Shown here: one piece after another, positions 1 to 9,950 of the stretch | How the letters are laid out: every line of letters begins with the position of its first letter | Position numbering within the stretch: position 1 is the first letter of the stretch | Origin: Myxococcota bacterium | GTDB taxonomy: Bacteria; Myxococcota; UBA4151 | Assembly (NCBI GenBank): GCA_036338695.1 | Contig: JAYZBQ010000015.1 | Span: 1 to 64,000, forward strand | Direction of reading: 5' to 3' | Length of the DNA: 64,000 bases | Notes under the pieces: generated by a model | What the model was told of the DNA's origin: nothing | The model's input: only the letters and a program-made list of their open reading frames with translations | Databases searched by the model: none | Position numbers and translations under genes: made by a program

Positions 1-1
1 C

Positions 2-190
2 AAACCGGCTGCGAAGAAGGCAGCCGCCAAGCCGGCTCCGAAGAAGGCTGCCGCCAAACCGGCTGCGAAGAAGGCTGCCGCCAAACCGGCTGCGAAGAAG
101 GCTGCCGCCAAACCGGCTGCGAAGAAGGCTGCCGCCAAGCCGGCTGCGAAGAAGGCTGCCGCTAAGCCGGCTGCGAAGAAGGCCGCCGAG
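2..190 (+). repeat. 7 tandem copies of a 27-bp unit encoding KPAAKKAAA, in frame with rpoD
   Basis: Near-identical units aaRccggctgcgaagaaggctgccgcc start at 2, 29, 56, 83, 110, 137 and 164. Confidence 0.95.
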
Positions 191-2209
191 GAGCAAGAGC
201 TCGTTGAGAGCGCAGAGGTCCAAGTGGGGGCTGATGTGGCGTCTGAGGTCGTCGCTGAGGCGGTCGAGCTGGAGCCAAGCGCAGCCGAGCTCTCAAGCCC
301 CGATCTGGAGGCGGACGCGACCCTCGACGACGACGTCGAGCTGACGGATATCTCGGCGGCTGCCCTGATGGCTTTGCTCAAAGGGGAGCCGGCGCCCGAG
401 GGGCAAGGCACGAGCGACGAGGACATCTTGGCGCTCGTCGAGTCCGGCGGTGACCCCAGCGATAAAGATGACGCCGAGGTGTTGCTGGGCGCACCTGAGA
501 CCTCAGAGATTGCGTCCGACCTAGGTATAGCTGGGGCTAAAGGGATCGATGGGGACGCTGCGTCGCTTGGAAACACTCTGCTTGGGGTGGACGCGACAGG
601 GTCGGTCGACTCGTCATCCGGAGGCGGCTCCGTTGAGTCGGCGCCCGTCTCCACCGCCTCGCTCAAGCGCCGTCGCCTCGGCACGGACGCAGGCAGCAGC
701 CAAGACCCGGTGCGCGCTTATCTGCGCCGGATGGGCGCGGTTCCGCTGCTGGATCGCGAGGGCGAGGTGGAGATCTCCCGGTTGATCGAAGAGGCGGAAC
801 ACAACGTCTACCGTGTCTTGCTCGACTGCCGTTTAGCGCTGCGTGATCTGAGTGAGCGATTTGCGGTCCTAGCGGGCGAAAACAGCCGAATGCGTGATCT
901 GATCAAAGACCCGAATGAGGTGGAGCAGGGGCTCTCGGATGAGGAGCGCAAGGAGCTCTCGCTGGAGCGCTTCGAGGGGTTCCAAGTCGTTCAGCGTCGC
1001 GTGGAAGAGAACGAGCTGCGCCTAAAGCGTGTGGCGAAGTCCAAGAAGACCAACGTGAGCGATGAGCTCGACCGCCTCAAAGAGGAGCGGCTTGAGTGGT
1101 TCTTGAAGCTTCGGCTCAACGCCAACGCTCTGGAGAACATCATCGGGACGGTGCGGGAGTTTGTCGAGCGTGGTCAGATGTACACCGAGGACATCGTGGA
1201 CTGCGAGCGGATCCTTGGAGGCGAGTCGCTCGATAAGATCGGTAAGCTCGCTTTCGCCGACGCCAAAACCTATGCACGACAAGCGCCTAAGCTGCTGCCC
1301 GACAAGAGCCTGCGGCAGCTTGAACTGCGTCAGGTCCTGCACCGATACCAGGTAGCGAAGAAGCGCCTAGAGCGGCTCGAGAAGCAGAACCGTATGCAGT
1401 ACGACGAGGTCGCTGAGATCTTTGATCGCATCGTCTTCGCCGAGCGAGAGGTAGCGCGTGCGAAGACGCGCCTGATCGAGGCCAACCTGCGGCTCGTCGT
1501 CAGCATCGCAAAGAAGTACATGAACCGCGGGCTGCAGTTCCTGGACCTGATTCAAGAGGGCAACATCGGCTTGATGAAGGGTGTCGATAAGTTCGAGTAC
1601 CGGCGTGGGTTCAAGTTCAGCACCTACGCAACCTGGTGGATCCGGCAAGCGATCACGCGCGCCATCGCCGATCAGGCGAGAACCATCCGTGTCCCGGTGC
1701 ATATGATCGAGACCATCAATAAGCTGGCGCGTGTCCGTCGGACGCTCTTCCAAGAGCTCGGCCGAGAGCCGACGCCTGAAGAGATCGCCGAGAAGATGGA
1801 GCTTCCGGTCGATCGCGTCCTTAAGGTCCTGAAGATCACCAAAGAGCCGATCTCCCTTGAGACGCCGATCGGTGAGGAAGAAGACTCGCAGCTGGGTGAT
1901 TTTATCGAGGATCGCAACGCCATTCATCCGGACGCTGCGGCGATGAGCCATGACCTCGGTGCGTCGGTGCGGCGCGTGCTCGCCACGCTGACCCCACGCG
2001 AAGAGAAGGTGCTTCGTATGCGCTTTGGCATTGGCGAGAAGTCGGATCACACCCTCGAAGAGGTGGGACAAGATTTCCACGTCACGCGTGAGCGGATCCG
2101 GCAGATCGAGGCCAAGGCGCTTCGTAAGTTGCGCCACGCCACGCGCTCGAAGGTTATCAGCCCTTACGTTGATCCGGATCTACAGAACGTCCCGGACGGC
2201 TCCTGGTAG
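2..2209 (+). CDS. rpoD: Primary sigma factor sigma-70 (5' partial; frame is open from the window start)
   Basis: Region 1.2 [11 protein letters not shown], region 2 [42 protein letters not shown], region 4 [25 protein letters not shown]. The frame of ORF 224..2209 is open back to base 2. Confidence 0.97.
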   Translation, partial: KPAAKKAAAKPAPKKAAAKPAAKKAAAKPAAKKAAAKPAAKKAAAKPAAKKAAAKPAAKKAAEEQELVESAEVQVGADVASEVVAEAVELEPSAAELSSPDLEADATLDDDVELTDISAAALMALLKGEPAPEGQGTSDEDILALVESGGDPSDKDDAEVLLGAPETSEIASDLGIAGAKGIDGDAASLGNTLLGVDATGSVDSSSGGGSVESAPVSTASLKRRRLGTDAGSSQDPVRAYLRRMGAVPLLDREGEVEISRLIEEAEHNVYRVLLDCRLALRDLSERFAVLAGENSRMRDLIKDPNEVEQGLSDEERKELSLERFEGFQVVQRRVEENELRLKRVAKSKKTNVSDELDRLKEERLEWFLKLRLNANALENIIGTVREFVERGQMYTEDIVDCERILGGESLDKIGKLAFADAKTYARQAPKLLPDKSLRQLELRQVLHRYQVAKKRLERLEKQNRMQYDEVAEIFDRIVFAEREVARAKTRLIEANLRLVVSIAKKYMNRGLQFLDLIQEGNIGLMKGVDKFEYRRGFKFSTYATWWIRQAITRAIADQARTIRVPVHMIETINKLARVRRTLFQELGREPTPEEIAEKMELPVDRVLKVLKITKEPISLETPIGEEEDSQLGDFIEDRNAIHPDAAAMSHDLGASVRRVLATLTPREEKVLRMRFGIGEKSDHTLEEVGQDFHVTRERIRQIEAKALRKLRHATRSKVISPYVDPDLQNVPDGSW

Positions 2210-2218
2210 ACCGCCTGG

Positions 2219-2770
2219 CTAAGGCGTCTTCCCAGCGTCGGGCGACCTGCCTGCGTCGGTAGGAGGTGGCTGACGCAAGATCGCCACGCTGTACGACGCC
2301 CATTCAGCGCAGGCCTCTTCTTTGGTTTGTCGCTCGTCCCAGGCGACGAAGCGCAGTCGGTACGTCTCCGTCTGCTCGGGGATGGGACCTATCGAGCCAC
2401 GCAGACCCTGACCGCGGGCCTTGAAGGTCAGCGGATACAAGCGCCCACGGGTGTCGCTCACGATCGGACGACAGGACGCCGGCATCGCCGGCATCAGCAG
2501 ATCGACAGAGACTTGGGCTTGGTTCACCTCGATCGTCGCTGGATCGCAGCGTTGCTCGCGTTCATCGACACGCACAAGGTACGCACAGGGCGGCTCGGCA
2601 GGTCCGGCGTCAGCAACAAGCTGGTCGGGGGCAGGTGTCGGCGAGAGCATCCAGATCAGGAGCGCCAGCAGCGCAGCACCGACGATCCCAGCCAGTATGA
2701 GATGGCTGGATTGGAGCCCCCCCCTCGCTTTGCGCGGCGCAACGCTCCAGCTCTTGATTCGACGCTTCAT
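2219..2770 (-). CDS. Hypothetical single-pass membrane protein
   Basis: Basic N-terminus, hydrophobic ILAGIVGAALLALLIWML, 4-bp overlap with the upstream gene. Confidence 0.65.
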   Translation of the reverse strand: MKRRIKSWSVAPRKARGGLQSSHLILAGIVGAALLALLIWMLSPTPAPDQLVADAGPAEPPCAYLVRVDEREQRCDPATIEVNQAQVSVDLLMPAMPASCRPIVSDTRGRLYPLTFKARGQGLRGSIGPIPEQTETYRLRFVAWDERQTKEEACAEWASYSVAILRQPPPTDAGRSPDAGKTP

Positions 2771-3294
2771 GGCTCCGGCAGCACTTGGTAGCCGCAGCGC
2801 AACATCGTCTCTGGCATGTACGGATTACGAAGCGCTCCAGCAGGCTGAATCCAGTCGGCGGGGACCATCGGGCAGTGCATGACCGCAGTGTTGGCTTGGA
2901 GCTCCGCCGAGGCTTTCCACAGGGTATGGACCTCTGCGCTCATCTTGGCGAAGCGGAGACGCTGCCCTTTGAGGTCGGCGGGGAAGTTGGCGATCAGCGG
3001 ACGCAAAGGCCCTGGCGGTGCGTGCGTGATCAGCGAGCTGGCGTGCTGAGACGCTCGGGTAGGGTCACTGTGCACCAGCGCCTCACCCAGCTCCATGTAG
3101 GCCTTGAGCCAAGCTGTTGCGTGCTCGACGGCGATGACACCAGGACCTGCCGGCTTCGGGGCTGCGGGGTTCGCCTTGGCTTCTACCCGTTTGATCGGAG
3201 GCCCTTCAGCGGCTGGTTTGGTCGCGGGCGTCGCGTTCCTTGTCGGGCAGGCGGTGAGCAGCAGCGTAGCGACAGCGAATGTCGTCTTTGTCAT
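2767..3294 (-). CDS. DUF3347-like lipoprotein (metal-efflux-associated domain)
   Basis: Lipobox LLTAC; C-terminal MHCPM..W....LRNPYM..MLRCG typical of DUF3347-containing proteins. Confidence 0.75.
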   Translation of the reverse strand: MTKTTFAVATLLLTACPTRNATPATKPAAEGPPIKRVEAKANPAAPKPAGPGVIAVEHATAWLKAYMELGEALVHSDPTRASQHASSLITHAPPGPLRPLIANFPADLKGQRLRFAKMSAEVHTLWKASAELQANTAVMHCPMVPADWIQPAGALRNPYMPETMLRCGYQVLPEP

Positions 3295-4055
3295 GGGGTG
3301 ACTCCCGGTCGGCTCGTGAGCCGATAATCTTGCGTGATCTCGGTGCGGCTGGTGTCGCCGGCGACTTTGGTCTCGAGGACGATACGGTTTTTGAGACGGA
3401 ATGATTCCACGATCCCTTGTCCTAGGTTGACCACCATCTGCCCTTTGCCGCTGAGCTCCTTCTGTTTACCCAGAGGCGCTTTGAGCTCAATCGAGATCGT
3501 TGCGCGCTGTGTCTGCGCATCGGTGAGCGTACAGTACAGCCCGCCCTCTGCGCTCTTCGCCCAGCTGCCCTCGGGTGACGCCGCTAAGTCCTTAGCAGGG
3601 ATGAGCCAGTCGTCGCCGACGCGCTGCGCCGCCTGCGGCAGCGGGAGACTCCGACCAGGCAGCAAGCGCTGCAGTTTGCGCGCCATGGGCATCAGCAGGC
3701 GGGGGAGATCCTGTGGCGGGTTGAGCGTCAGGGCTTCAAAGCGCCCCCGCTCATCGACCCAGCCGCGCCAGGCGCTGCCTTCAAGCTTTGAGAACAGGGC
3801 GTTTCGAGGGTCGTTTTCGCCGAAATCCAGCTCGTTGAGCTCGGTCTCGATTCGAGCTCGAGAGCCCTTGACCTCGAGCACTCGTCGCGTGACGCGCATC
3901 CGGATGGTCTCGGGCGCAGCGCCTTGAACAGTCGTCGTCGATTCGATCAGGACATGATGGAGGGCACCCTCTTGATAGCTCATCCGGAGCGTGTGCTCGG
4001 CGCTCGGCGGGTTCAGAGCCAGTGAGCTGAGCGTCAAGAGCCAAGCGGTGATCAT
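3291..4055 (-). CDS. Hypothetical secreted beta-rich protein
   Basis: Signal-like MITAWLLTLSSLA; ATGA overlaps on both sides support a start at 4055. Confidence 0.65.
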   Translation of the reverse strand: MITAWLLTLSSLALNPPSAEHTLRMSYQEGALHHVLIESTTTVQGAAPETIRMRVTRRVLEVKGSRARIETELNELDFGENDPRNALFSKLEGSAWRGWVDERGRFEALTLNPPQDLPRLLMPMARKLQRLLPGRSLPLPQAAQRVGDDWLIPAKDLAASPEGSWAKSAEGGLYCTLTDAQTQRATISIELKAPLGKQKELSGKGQMVVNLGQGIVESFRLKNRIVLETKVAGDTSRTEITQDYRLTSRPGVTP

Positions 4056-5023
4056 GAGTGTTGACGCTCCCATTCGAGTCGAGCCCGTAAGGTGTCTTCT
4101 AGAGGCTTGGCTTCGCTAAGCCGTAGCCGGGCGCGCGTCCAGTCATCATTGTAGTACATACAGACACCGGACATCGTGACCGCTTGCTCGGGCAGCTGCC
4201 CCGGGAGTCCCAACCGAGACCAAAGGTTCAAGAGACTGCCGAGCCCTCGCGTAAACGAAGCGGGGAGCGTGAGGTGCGGCTCGGGGCGCCCCGCAAGGCG
4301 GCAGATGGTCGCCATGAGCGCCCGTGTTCGGACGTTGTGACCGGTCGCTAGGTAGCGCTCACCGGGCTGCCCCCGGTCCATCGCTGCGATGAGCGTGTCG
4401 ACCACATCGAGTACGTCGACGACGTTGACGCCGCCGCTCGGAGCGAGCGGCAGTCCGAGCTTGAGCGCCGTCTGGATGACCCGCGCCACGGAGCCACGAC
4501 GAAAAGACCCGGTACCCACCACGAGGCTTGGCCTGACGCTGATGACGTCCATGCTGCCTGCGTGCTCATGTGCCGCATCCTCGGCGTCTCGTTTCGAGAC
4601 GTTATAGAGCCACCGATTTCCATCACCGAAGGGCTCCGTCTCTGGAGTGGGTCCATCCGCTGCGATCCCCATAGCAGCGATCGAGCTCACGTTAACCAGG
4701 CGTCGAACACCAGCCGACCGAGCCGCTCGCACAAGCGACACCGTGCCGTCGACGTTGACACGCCGCATCCGCGCGCCGGCTCGCGTGCTCGTGTCGACGT
4801 GCGCCGCGACGTGATAGACGCCGTCGCAGCCTTGGACAGCCGCCCCGAGGCTCGTCGCATCGGTGAGGTCGGCCTGGACGGTCTCGACATCCCAGCCCGC
4901 CCAGAGCGCGGGCGGTTCCACCGAGCGGTGCATCAGACGTAGGGGGCGACCTCGTTCGTTCAGCGCTTGAGCGAGATGAAAGCCGATCAGGCCTGTCGCG
5001 CCGGTCACCAGCGCTCTAGCCAT
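4052..5023 (-). CDS. NAD-dependent epimerase/dehydratase (extended SDR, dihydroflavonol-reductase/HpnA-like)
   Basis: VTGATGLIG Rossmann motif, YHVAA, VNVDGT, VSS, YNVSK (YxxxK). Confidence 0.92.
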   Translation of the reverse strand: MARALVTGATGLIGFHLAQALNERGRPLRLMHRSVEPPALWAGWDVETVQADLTDATSLGAAVQGCDGVYHVAAHVDTSTRAGARMRRVNVDGTVSLVRAARSAGVRRLVNVSSIAAMGIAADGPTPETEPFGDGNRWLYNVSKRDAEDAAHEHAGSMDVISVRPSLVVGTGSFRRGSVARVIQTALKLGLPLAPSGGVNVVDVLDVVDTLIAAMDRGQPGERYLATGHNVRTRALMATICRLAGRPEPHLTLPASFTRGLGSLLNLWSRLGLPGQLPEQAVTMSGVCMYYNDDWTRARLRLSEAKPLEDTLRARLEWERQHS

Positions 5024-5510
5024 GTTCGCTCCACGCTGCCTTCAAGCGGTCGTAGACAGCCTCGAGCGATTCAGGGATGACCTTGGCACCACCGACGACC
5101 GGCATGAAGTTGGTATCGCCCGGCCAGCGCGGTACGACGTGGTAGTGTAGGTGGGATGCGATCCCCGCGCCTGCTGCTGAGCCCATGTTCAGACCGATGT
5201 TGAGTCCAGGGCAGCCGTAGGCGGCTTTGATCATTCGCACGGCACGCATCAACAGGCGATGCAGGTCCGCCTGGACCGCCTCGTCGAGCTGATCGATCTC
5301 GGACTCATGCGCAAACGGTACGACCAAGACGTGACCATTCGTGTAGGGGTAGCGGTTTAGGATCACATAACCGTGCTCGCCATACCCGATGACGCCGTGC
5401 TCTCGATCAAGCGCATCGTCTCGTGTCGGCGCCACACAAAATACGCACTCACTCACCGGCTTTGCGTCCTTGACGTAGTCGAGGCGCCACGGTGCCCAGA
5501 GCGCTTCCAT
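5016..5510 (-). CDS. HIT family hydrolase (Ap4A phosphorylase-like)
   Basis: LWAPWR, CVFC, LNRYPYTNGH, AGAGIASHLHYHVVPRW (HxHxH). Confidence 0.93.
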   Translation of the reverse strand: MEALWAPWRLDYVKDAKPVSECVFCVAPTRDDALDREHGVIGYGEHGYVILNRYPYTNGHVLVVPFAHESEIDQLDEAVQADLHRLLMRAVRMIKAAYGCPGLNIGLNMGSAAGAGIASHLHYHVVPRWPGDTNFMPVVGGAKVIPESLEAVYDRLKAAWSEHG

Positions 5511-5512
5511 GC

Positions 5513-6283
5513 TCACTCGCCCTCGCTCTTGGGTGAGACCCACTCAGCGAGGAGGCCCTCTTGACGCAGGGCAACAAGCAAGGCTTGGGCGGCTTCATGA
5601 ACGGGGGCTCCGTGCGCGCCGCGCACCGTCAGGCTGACCCAGTCATCCCCCGACTGCGTCGGGGGGTAACTGCCGAAGTCGAGGAGCGGATACTGCGAGG
5701 CGACGGCTTCCATCGACTGAGCGCCTTGCGTCTCGTAACCCTGAAAGCGGACCTTCGCGAAGGGGCGCTCGCCCGGTCCAGGTGGGAGCAGGGGGAGCAG
5801 CTTGGCGACAAGCCGAGGGATACCGGGGAGGCAGTAGGTGTCGCCGACGCAAAAGATCGGCCAGCCGCGGCTGCCGTCTTCTCGCTTTGGAAAGAGCACG
5901 CTCGTGCCGACCGGAACGCGTGCCGTGCGGCGGCGCACGCCCTGCGGTTCCTCGCCGATCCAGCCCCTGAGCGCCTCAAGCATCTCCGGAAGCTCGTGGT
6001 CGTCGTCAATCCCGAGGCTGCGGCCGACCGACTCGACGGTGAGATCATCGATCGTTGGCCCCACGCCGCCTGTCGTGATGATGATGGTGGCGCCGTCATG
6101 GCGAGCGCGCCGAAGCGTCTCGACGATGACCTCTTGGCGATCGCTGACGGTCTGCACCGAGACGACCCGGTGCCCTTGGCTGTTGGCCCAGCGGATCAGC
6201 GTCGTCGAGTTGGTGTCAACCGTCGAGCCTTCGAGGATCTCATCCCCAATAATGACAACGGCGACTCGGTGTGCTGCAGCCAT
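5513..6283 (-). CDS. CinA N-terminal/molybdopterin-binding-like protein (COG1058 pyrophosphatase family)
   Basis: IIGDEILEG..DTN, TTGGVGPTIDDLT, LPGIP, FGSYP. Confidence 0.88.
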   Translation of the reverse strand: MAAAHRVAVVIIGDEILEGSTVDTNSTTLIRWANSQGHRVVSVQTVSDRQEVIVETLRRARHDGATIIITTGGVGPTIDDLTVESVGRSLGIDDDHELPEMLEALRGWIGEEPQGVRRRTARVPVGTSVLFPKREDGSRGWPIFCVGDTYCLPGIPRLVAKLLPLLPPGPGERPFAKVRFQGYETQGAQSMEAVASQYPLLDFGSYPPTQSGDDWVSLTVRGAHGAPVHEAAQALLVALRQEGLLAEWVSPKSEGE

Positions 6284-6295
6284 CGAGTGTCCTTG

Positions 6296-6372
6296 TGGTG
6301 CCGAAGGGCGGACTTGAACCGCCGACCTACGATTTATGAGACCGTCGCTCTAACCAGCTGAGCTACTTCGGC
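6296..6372 (-). tRNA. tRNA with CAT anticodon (elongator Met or Ile2; not initiator)
   Basis: GCCGAAG TAGCTCAGCTGGTTAGAGCG ACGGT CTCATAA ATCGT AGGTC GGCGG TTCAAGT CCGCC CTTCGGC ACCA. Full cloverleaf with encoded CCA, G1-C72 paired, no triple G-C anticodon stem. Confidence 0.95.
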
Positions 6373-6384
6373 ATAACCGCAGGC

Positions 6385-6413
6385 TCCCTAATGGCGTTAG
6401 AAACGAAGGTCAA
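6385..6413 (-). promoter_or_regulatory. Putative sigma-70 promoter for the tRNA operon
   Basis: TTGACC-N17-TAGGGA on the minus strand, 12 nt upstream of the tRNA. Confidence 0.6.
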
Positions 6414-6456
6414 AAGGCTTTTGCGATTGCAGGCGGCGCAGGATGAAAAAATCGGC

Positions 6457-6486
6457 TTGGACGGCCGCGTCGACCTCATCTAGGCT
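6457..6486 (+). promoter_or_regulatory. Putative divergent sigma-70 promoter for the nitrilase-uvrD unit
   Basis: TTGGAC-N18-TAGGCT. Confidence 0.45.
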
Positions 6487-6527
6487 GCTGACGTCGTGGC
6501 GCGTCGGCTTTAGCCATGGGAGCTTGT

Positions 6528-7361
6528 ATGCCAAAGGTGGCGGTCGTTCAGCTGTGCTCAACACCGATCAAAGAGGACAATTACCGCCAAGCTGAGCGCT
6601 ACATCGAGGAGAGCGCTCGCGCCGGGGCAGCCCTCGTCGTGCTTCCAGAGAATTGGGCGTACATCGGCCCGGAGGAGGCGAAAGAGGGCGCCGCCGAGTC
6701 AGGCGATGGCCCGTCGCTGTCCAAGCTCAGCGAGTGGTCGCGACGGTTCGGTATCTGGATCCTTGGCGGCACCGTACTCAAGCGGAGCGATCTGCCGACC
6801 GATGAGCGGCCCACCAATCACTGTACGGTATGGGATGATCGAGGTACTTGCCGGGCTGTCTATGACAAAATCCACTTGTTCGACGCGGCGATCCCCGGGG
6901 GCGCGGTGTTTCAAGAAAGTCAGCGCATTCAGCCAGGGGTACAGCCCGTCGTAGTCGACACCCCTGCAGGCGTCCTCGGCTTGAGCGTTTGTTACGACTT
7001 GCGCTTTGGCTGGTTGTACCGGGCGATGGCGCGGGCTGGCGCCACGATGTTCGCGGTGCCGTCGGCGTTTACGCGCCGGACGGGCCCGCTGCATTGGGAG
7101 CCTTTGCTGCGCGCCCGCGCTATCGAGAACCTCGCGTATGTGGTCGCGCCCGGCCAGGTGGGCGAGCATTGCCCCGGGCGCCGCTCTTACGGGCACTCCA
7201 TGGCGATCGAGCCCTTCGGCGCGGTGGTCGCTCGAGTGGTGGACGAGCCGGGCATCTGCGTGGCTGAGGTAGACCCGGATCGTCTGGAGCGGTTACGGGC
7301 TCAGTTGCCGGTCCATGATCACGACCGGCTCGACAGTTGTCATGGAGTCCAGCGGCGGTGA
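6528..7361 (+). CDS. Carbon-nitrogen hydrolase (Nit1/deaminated glutathione amidase-like)
   Basis: Catalytic E-K-C motifs LPE, YDKIHLFD, VCYDLRF; PSAFT..TG..HWEPLLRARAIEN. Start could be 6516. Confidence 0.93.
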   Translation: MPKVAVVQLCSTPIKEDNYRQAERYIEESARAGAALVVLPENWAYIGPEEAKEGAAESGDGPSLSKLSEWSRRFGIWILGGTVLKRSDLPTDERPTNHCTVWDDRGTCRAVYDKIHLFDAAIPGGAVFQESQRIQPGVQPVVVDTPAGVLGLSVCYDLRFGWLYRAMARAGATMFAVPSAFTRRTGPLHWEPLLRARAIENLAYVVAPGQVGEHCPGRRSYGHSMAIEPFGAVVARVVDEPGICVAEVDPDRLERLRAQLPVHDHDRLDSCHGVQRR

Positions 7362-7855
7362 GTTATTCGCTCTACACAGTGTTTCAAGATCATCGCGACC
7401 AGCTCGTGGCGCAGCTGATCAAAGCCGTTAACAAGCAGGCGCCTGACTTCGCGCGAGCGGGCAAGCAGAGGCTCAAAGAGGACTGCGAGTATCTGTTCGA
7501 TGGAACGGTTGATCGAATCTGTACGGGCGATGAGGGCGGCTTGCGCACCTTTTTTGGTTACCTGGTCCGGCGGACATCGGCCGGTTTTGAGTTCGCCGAG
7601 GCGGCGAGGGCAGTGTTGGCGACCAGCGCCGTGATGCGCCAGTTCCTCCAAGCCGCTTACCGCGAGCAGGTCGTCGGCGGCGGGCGAGATGCCTACGAAG
7701 AGGCGATGCGTGCGGTCGAAGAGGGCTGCAATGAGGCGGTGATCGTGCTGTGCGATGTCTTTCAGCATCACGTCGAGTCTCGGGTGGCGGAGCACAACGA
7801 AGACGGCAAGAAGCTCGGTGAGCAGTTTAACCGGCTGATCCTCTTTAAGGGATGA
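7358..7855 (+). CDS. Hypothetical all-helical protein (RsbRD-N/globin-like fold possible)
   Basis: GTGA overlap with the nitrilase stop, GGAG upstream, ATGA overlap with uvrD; amphipathic helical pattern. Confidence 0.65.
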   Translation: MSYSLYTVFQDHRDQLVAQLIKAVNKQAPDFARAGKQRLKEDCEYLFDGTVDRICTGDEGGLRTFFGYLVRRTSAGFEFAEAARAVLATSAVMRQFLQAAYREQVVGGGRDAYEEAMRAVEEGCNEAVIVLCDVFQHHVESRVAEHNEDGKKLGEQFNRLILFKG

Positions 7856-9789
7856 AGGCTCCGGTCACTGCGGCTACGGATCCGCTCCTCGCCACGCTGA
7901 ATGAGCAACAGCGGCAGGTGGTAAGCGCGCCTTTGGGCAGAGCTCGCTTAGTGCTTGCCGGGCCGGGCTCAGGTAAGACGCGGACGCTGGTGCATCGGGT
8001 GGCGAGGCTCTTACGCGATGGGGTACCCGCTGACAGGGTCCTGCTCGTCACGTTTACCAACAAGGCGGCGCACGAGATGATGGCGCGCTGCGAGGCACTG
8101 TGCGGCTCGGCAGCGTGGTCGCTGATGGGCGGTACGTTTCATGGGCTGGCGACAAAGCTGCTGCGGCAATACGGTGGTGCGCTGGGCCTCGACCCTGAGT
8201 TTCGTATCCTCGATCGCGCAGACACCGAGGAGCAGCTGCGCGCCGCTGTGTCGGATCTGCAGCTCGACGCCCGCCGCGACGGCTTGCCCCGTGTCCGGAC
8301 GCTCGGCCGGATCTACTCAGCGGCGGTGCAGCGAGAACTGTCCCTGGCTGACGTGCTGACGCTCAAATGGCCACAGTACGCGGCGCGCCACGACCTGATC
8401 GAGGCCATCGGGGCGCAGTTTGTGCGGCGCAAGCACGAGGCAGGCGTCCTCGACTTTGATGATCTCCTCGTCGGTTGGAGCTTGCTCGTAGACCCGCCCG
8501 ATGACGCGGGCGCTGCGGTCCAGGAGGCGACGGCGGCGCTGCGGGCGCGCTTCGTGGAGGTGCTGGTCGATGAGTATCAGGACACCAACGCTATTCAGGG
8601 TCGTATCGCAGATCATATGGCTCGCCACCACGGAGGGCTGACGGTGGTCGGCGATGATTGCCAGGGAATCTATGGGTTTCGCGGCGCCGACGCGTCCAAC
8701 CTCATGGGCTTTAGCGAGCGCTTTCCCAATGCCGAGCGCATGCTCTTGACCCATAACTATCGCTCGACCCCTGAGATCATCGAGCTCGCCAACCAAAGCA
8801 TCGCGCACAACACCCGTCGGCTCGAGAAGGAGCTGGTCCCTGTGCGCGCCGCCAGCGACGTGCCGCCTTGGGTGGTCCAGTGCCGTGATCGCCAGGAGGA
8901 GGCGCGCTTTATCGTCGCCAAGGCGCTCGCTTATCGGGACGAGGGCGTGCCTTGGTCGCAGATCGCCGTCCTGTATCGGAGCCACGCGCTGAGCTCGGAC
9001 CTGCAAGTGGAGCTGACACGCGCCGGGGTCCCCTTCGTGATCCGCAGCGGCGTACGGTTCTTCGAGCAGGCACACATCAAAGACGTGCTCGCCTATGGGC
9101 GCGCCCTGCTGGGTGATGAGCTCGGGTTGCGGCGGCTGCTGTTGCTGTATCCGGGGGTCGGTGCCGTGACCGCCGACCGGATCGTTCTGGCTTTTCGTTC
9201 AGGCGCATCCTTAACCGACCTCGCCGCCGCAGAGGCGAGACCCGGCGCACACAGCGCGCTGCAGCTCTTGGCGCACGTTGCACAAGGCGGTGACCTGAGC
9301 GTCGCCGAGTCGCTCAGCGCCATCGTTGATCACTACGCGGCTCGCTTTGTCGGGCGCTTTGATGACGCGCAGCAGCGTAGCGAGGACCTTGAGGAGCTGG
9401 TTCGCTTTGCGCGCACATTCCAGTCGTTCGCCGAGCTTTTCGCCGATCTGCCCGTCGCCCGTCAGACGGGGCGCGACGGCGGCGACGAGGAGGCGCTGGT
9501 GCTCAGCTCGATTCACCAAGCCAAGGGGCTTGAGTGGTCGCGCGTCTTTGTGCTGTCGCTCATCGAGGGGAACCTGCCGCATGCGGCGAGTTTTGCTGAG
9601 GCCGATGGCGTCGACGAGGAGCGTCGGCTGTTCTACGTCGCCGTGACCCGAGCAGCTGATGAGCTCCTTTTGACGTACGCTCAGCGGGCGGGGCGAGAGC
9701 GGCTGCAGATGCCCAGTCGATTTCTGTCCGAGCTGATGCCGAGCGATCAGACGCCGCCCTTCTCACACGTACGGCCCGCCTTTGACTGA
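7852..9789 (+). CDS. ATP-dependent DNA helicase, UvrD/PcrA family
   Basis: AGPGSGKT, VTFTNKAA, VDEYQDTN, VGDDCQGIYGFRGA, NYRS, SIHQAKGLEW, EERRLFYVAVTRA. Confidence 0.95.
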   Translation: MKAPVTAATDPLLATLNEQQRQVVSAPLGRARLVLAGPGSGKTRTLVHRVARLLRDGVPADRVLLVTFTNKAAHEMMARCEALCGSAAWSLMGGTFHGLATKLLRQYGGALGLDPEFRILDRADTEEQLRAAVSDLQLDARRDGLPRVRTLGRIYSAAVQRELSLADVLTLKWPQYAARHDLIEAIGAQFVRRKHEAGVLDFDDLLVGWSLLVDPPDDAGAAVQEATAALRARFVEVLVDEYQDTNAIQGRIADHMARHHGGLTVVGDDCQGIYGFRGADASNLMGFSERFPNAERMLLTHNYRSTPEIIELANQSIAHNTRRLEKELVPVRAASDVPPWVVQCRDRQEEARFIVAKALAYRDEGVPWSQIAVLYRSHALSSDLQVELTRAGVPFVIRSGVRFFEQAHIKDVLAYGRALLGDELGLRRLLLLYPGVGAVTADRIVLAFRSGASLTDLAAAEARPGAHSALQLLAHVAQGGDLSVAESLSAIVDHYAARFVGRFDDAQQRSEDLEELVRFARTFQSFAELFADLPVARQTGRDGGDEEALVLSSIHQAKGLEWSRVFVLSLIEGNLPHAASFAEADGVDEERRLFYVAVTRAADELLLTYAQRAGRERLQMPSRFLSELMPSDQTPPFSHVRPAFD

Positions 9790-9844
9790 TCGTGGCTGCG
9801 CTGCCTATGCGCTCAACCCGTCGTGCCGCTCGCGCTGATTTCAG

Positions 9845-9873
9845 TTGCGGTCGCTGTGCGGGTCCGATAGGCA
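9845..9873 (+). promoter_or_regulatory. Putative promoter of the rimP operon
   Basis: TTGCGG-N17-TAGGCA. Confidence 0.45.
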
Positions 9874-9902
9874 CCGCCCAAGACATTTCCGCTTTGTTGT
9901 GG

Positions 9903-9929
9903 GGGTGGTCCTTCGGGGCCGCCCTTTTT
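9903..9929 (+). terminator. rimP-leader-type attenuator hairpin
   Basis: GGGTGGTCC-TTCG-GGGCCGCCC-TTTTT just upstream of the rimP start, in the known position of rimP leader terminators. Confidence 0.75.
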
Positions 9930-9950
9930 CGTAGGTTTCGAGGGCTGGTG

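Noticed and set aside
2..190. 27-bp repeat as a possible CRISPR array
   Set aside because: No spacers; mostly synonymous variation; in frame with rpoD
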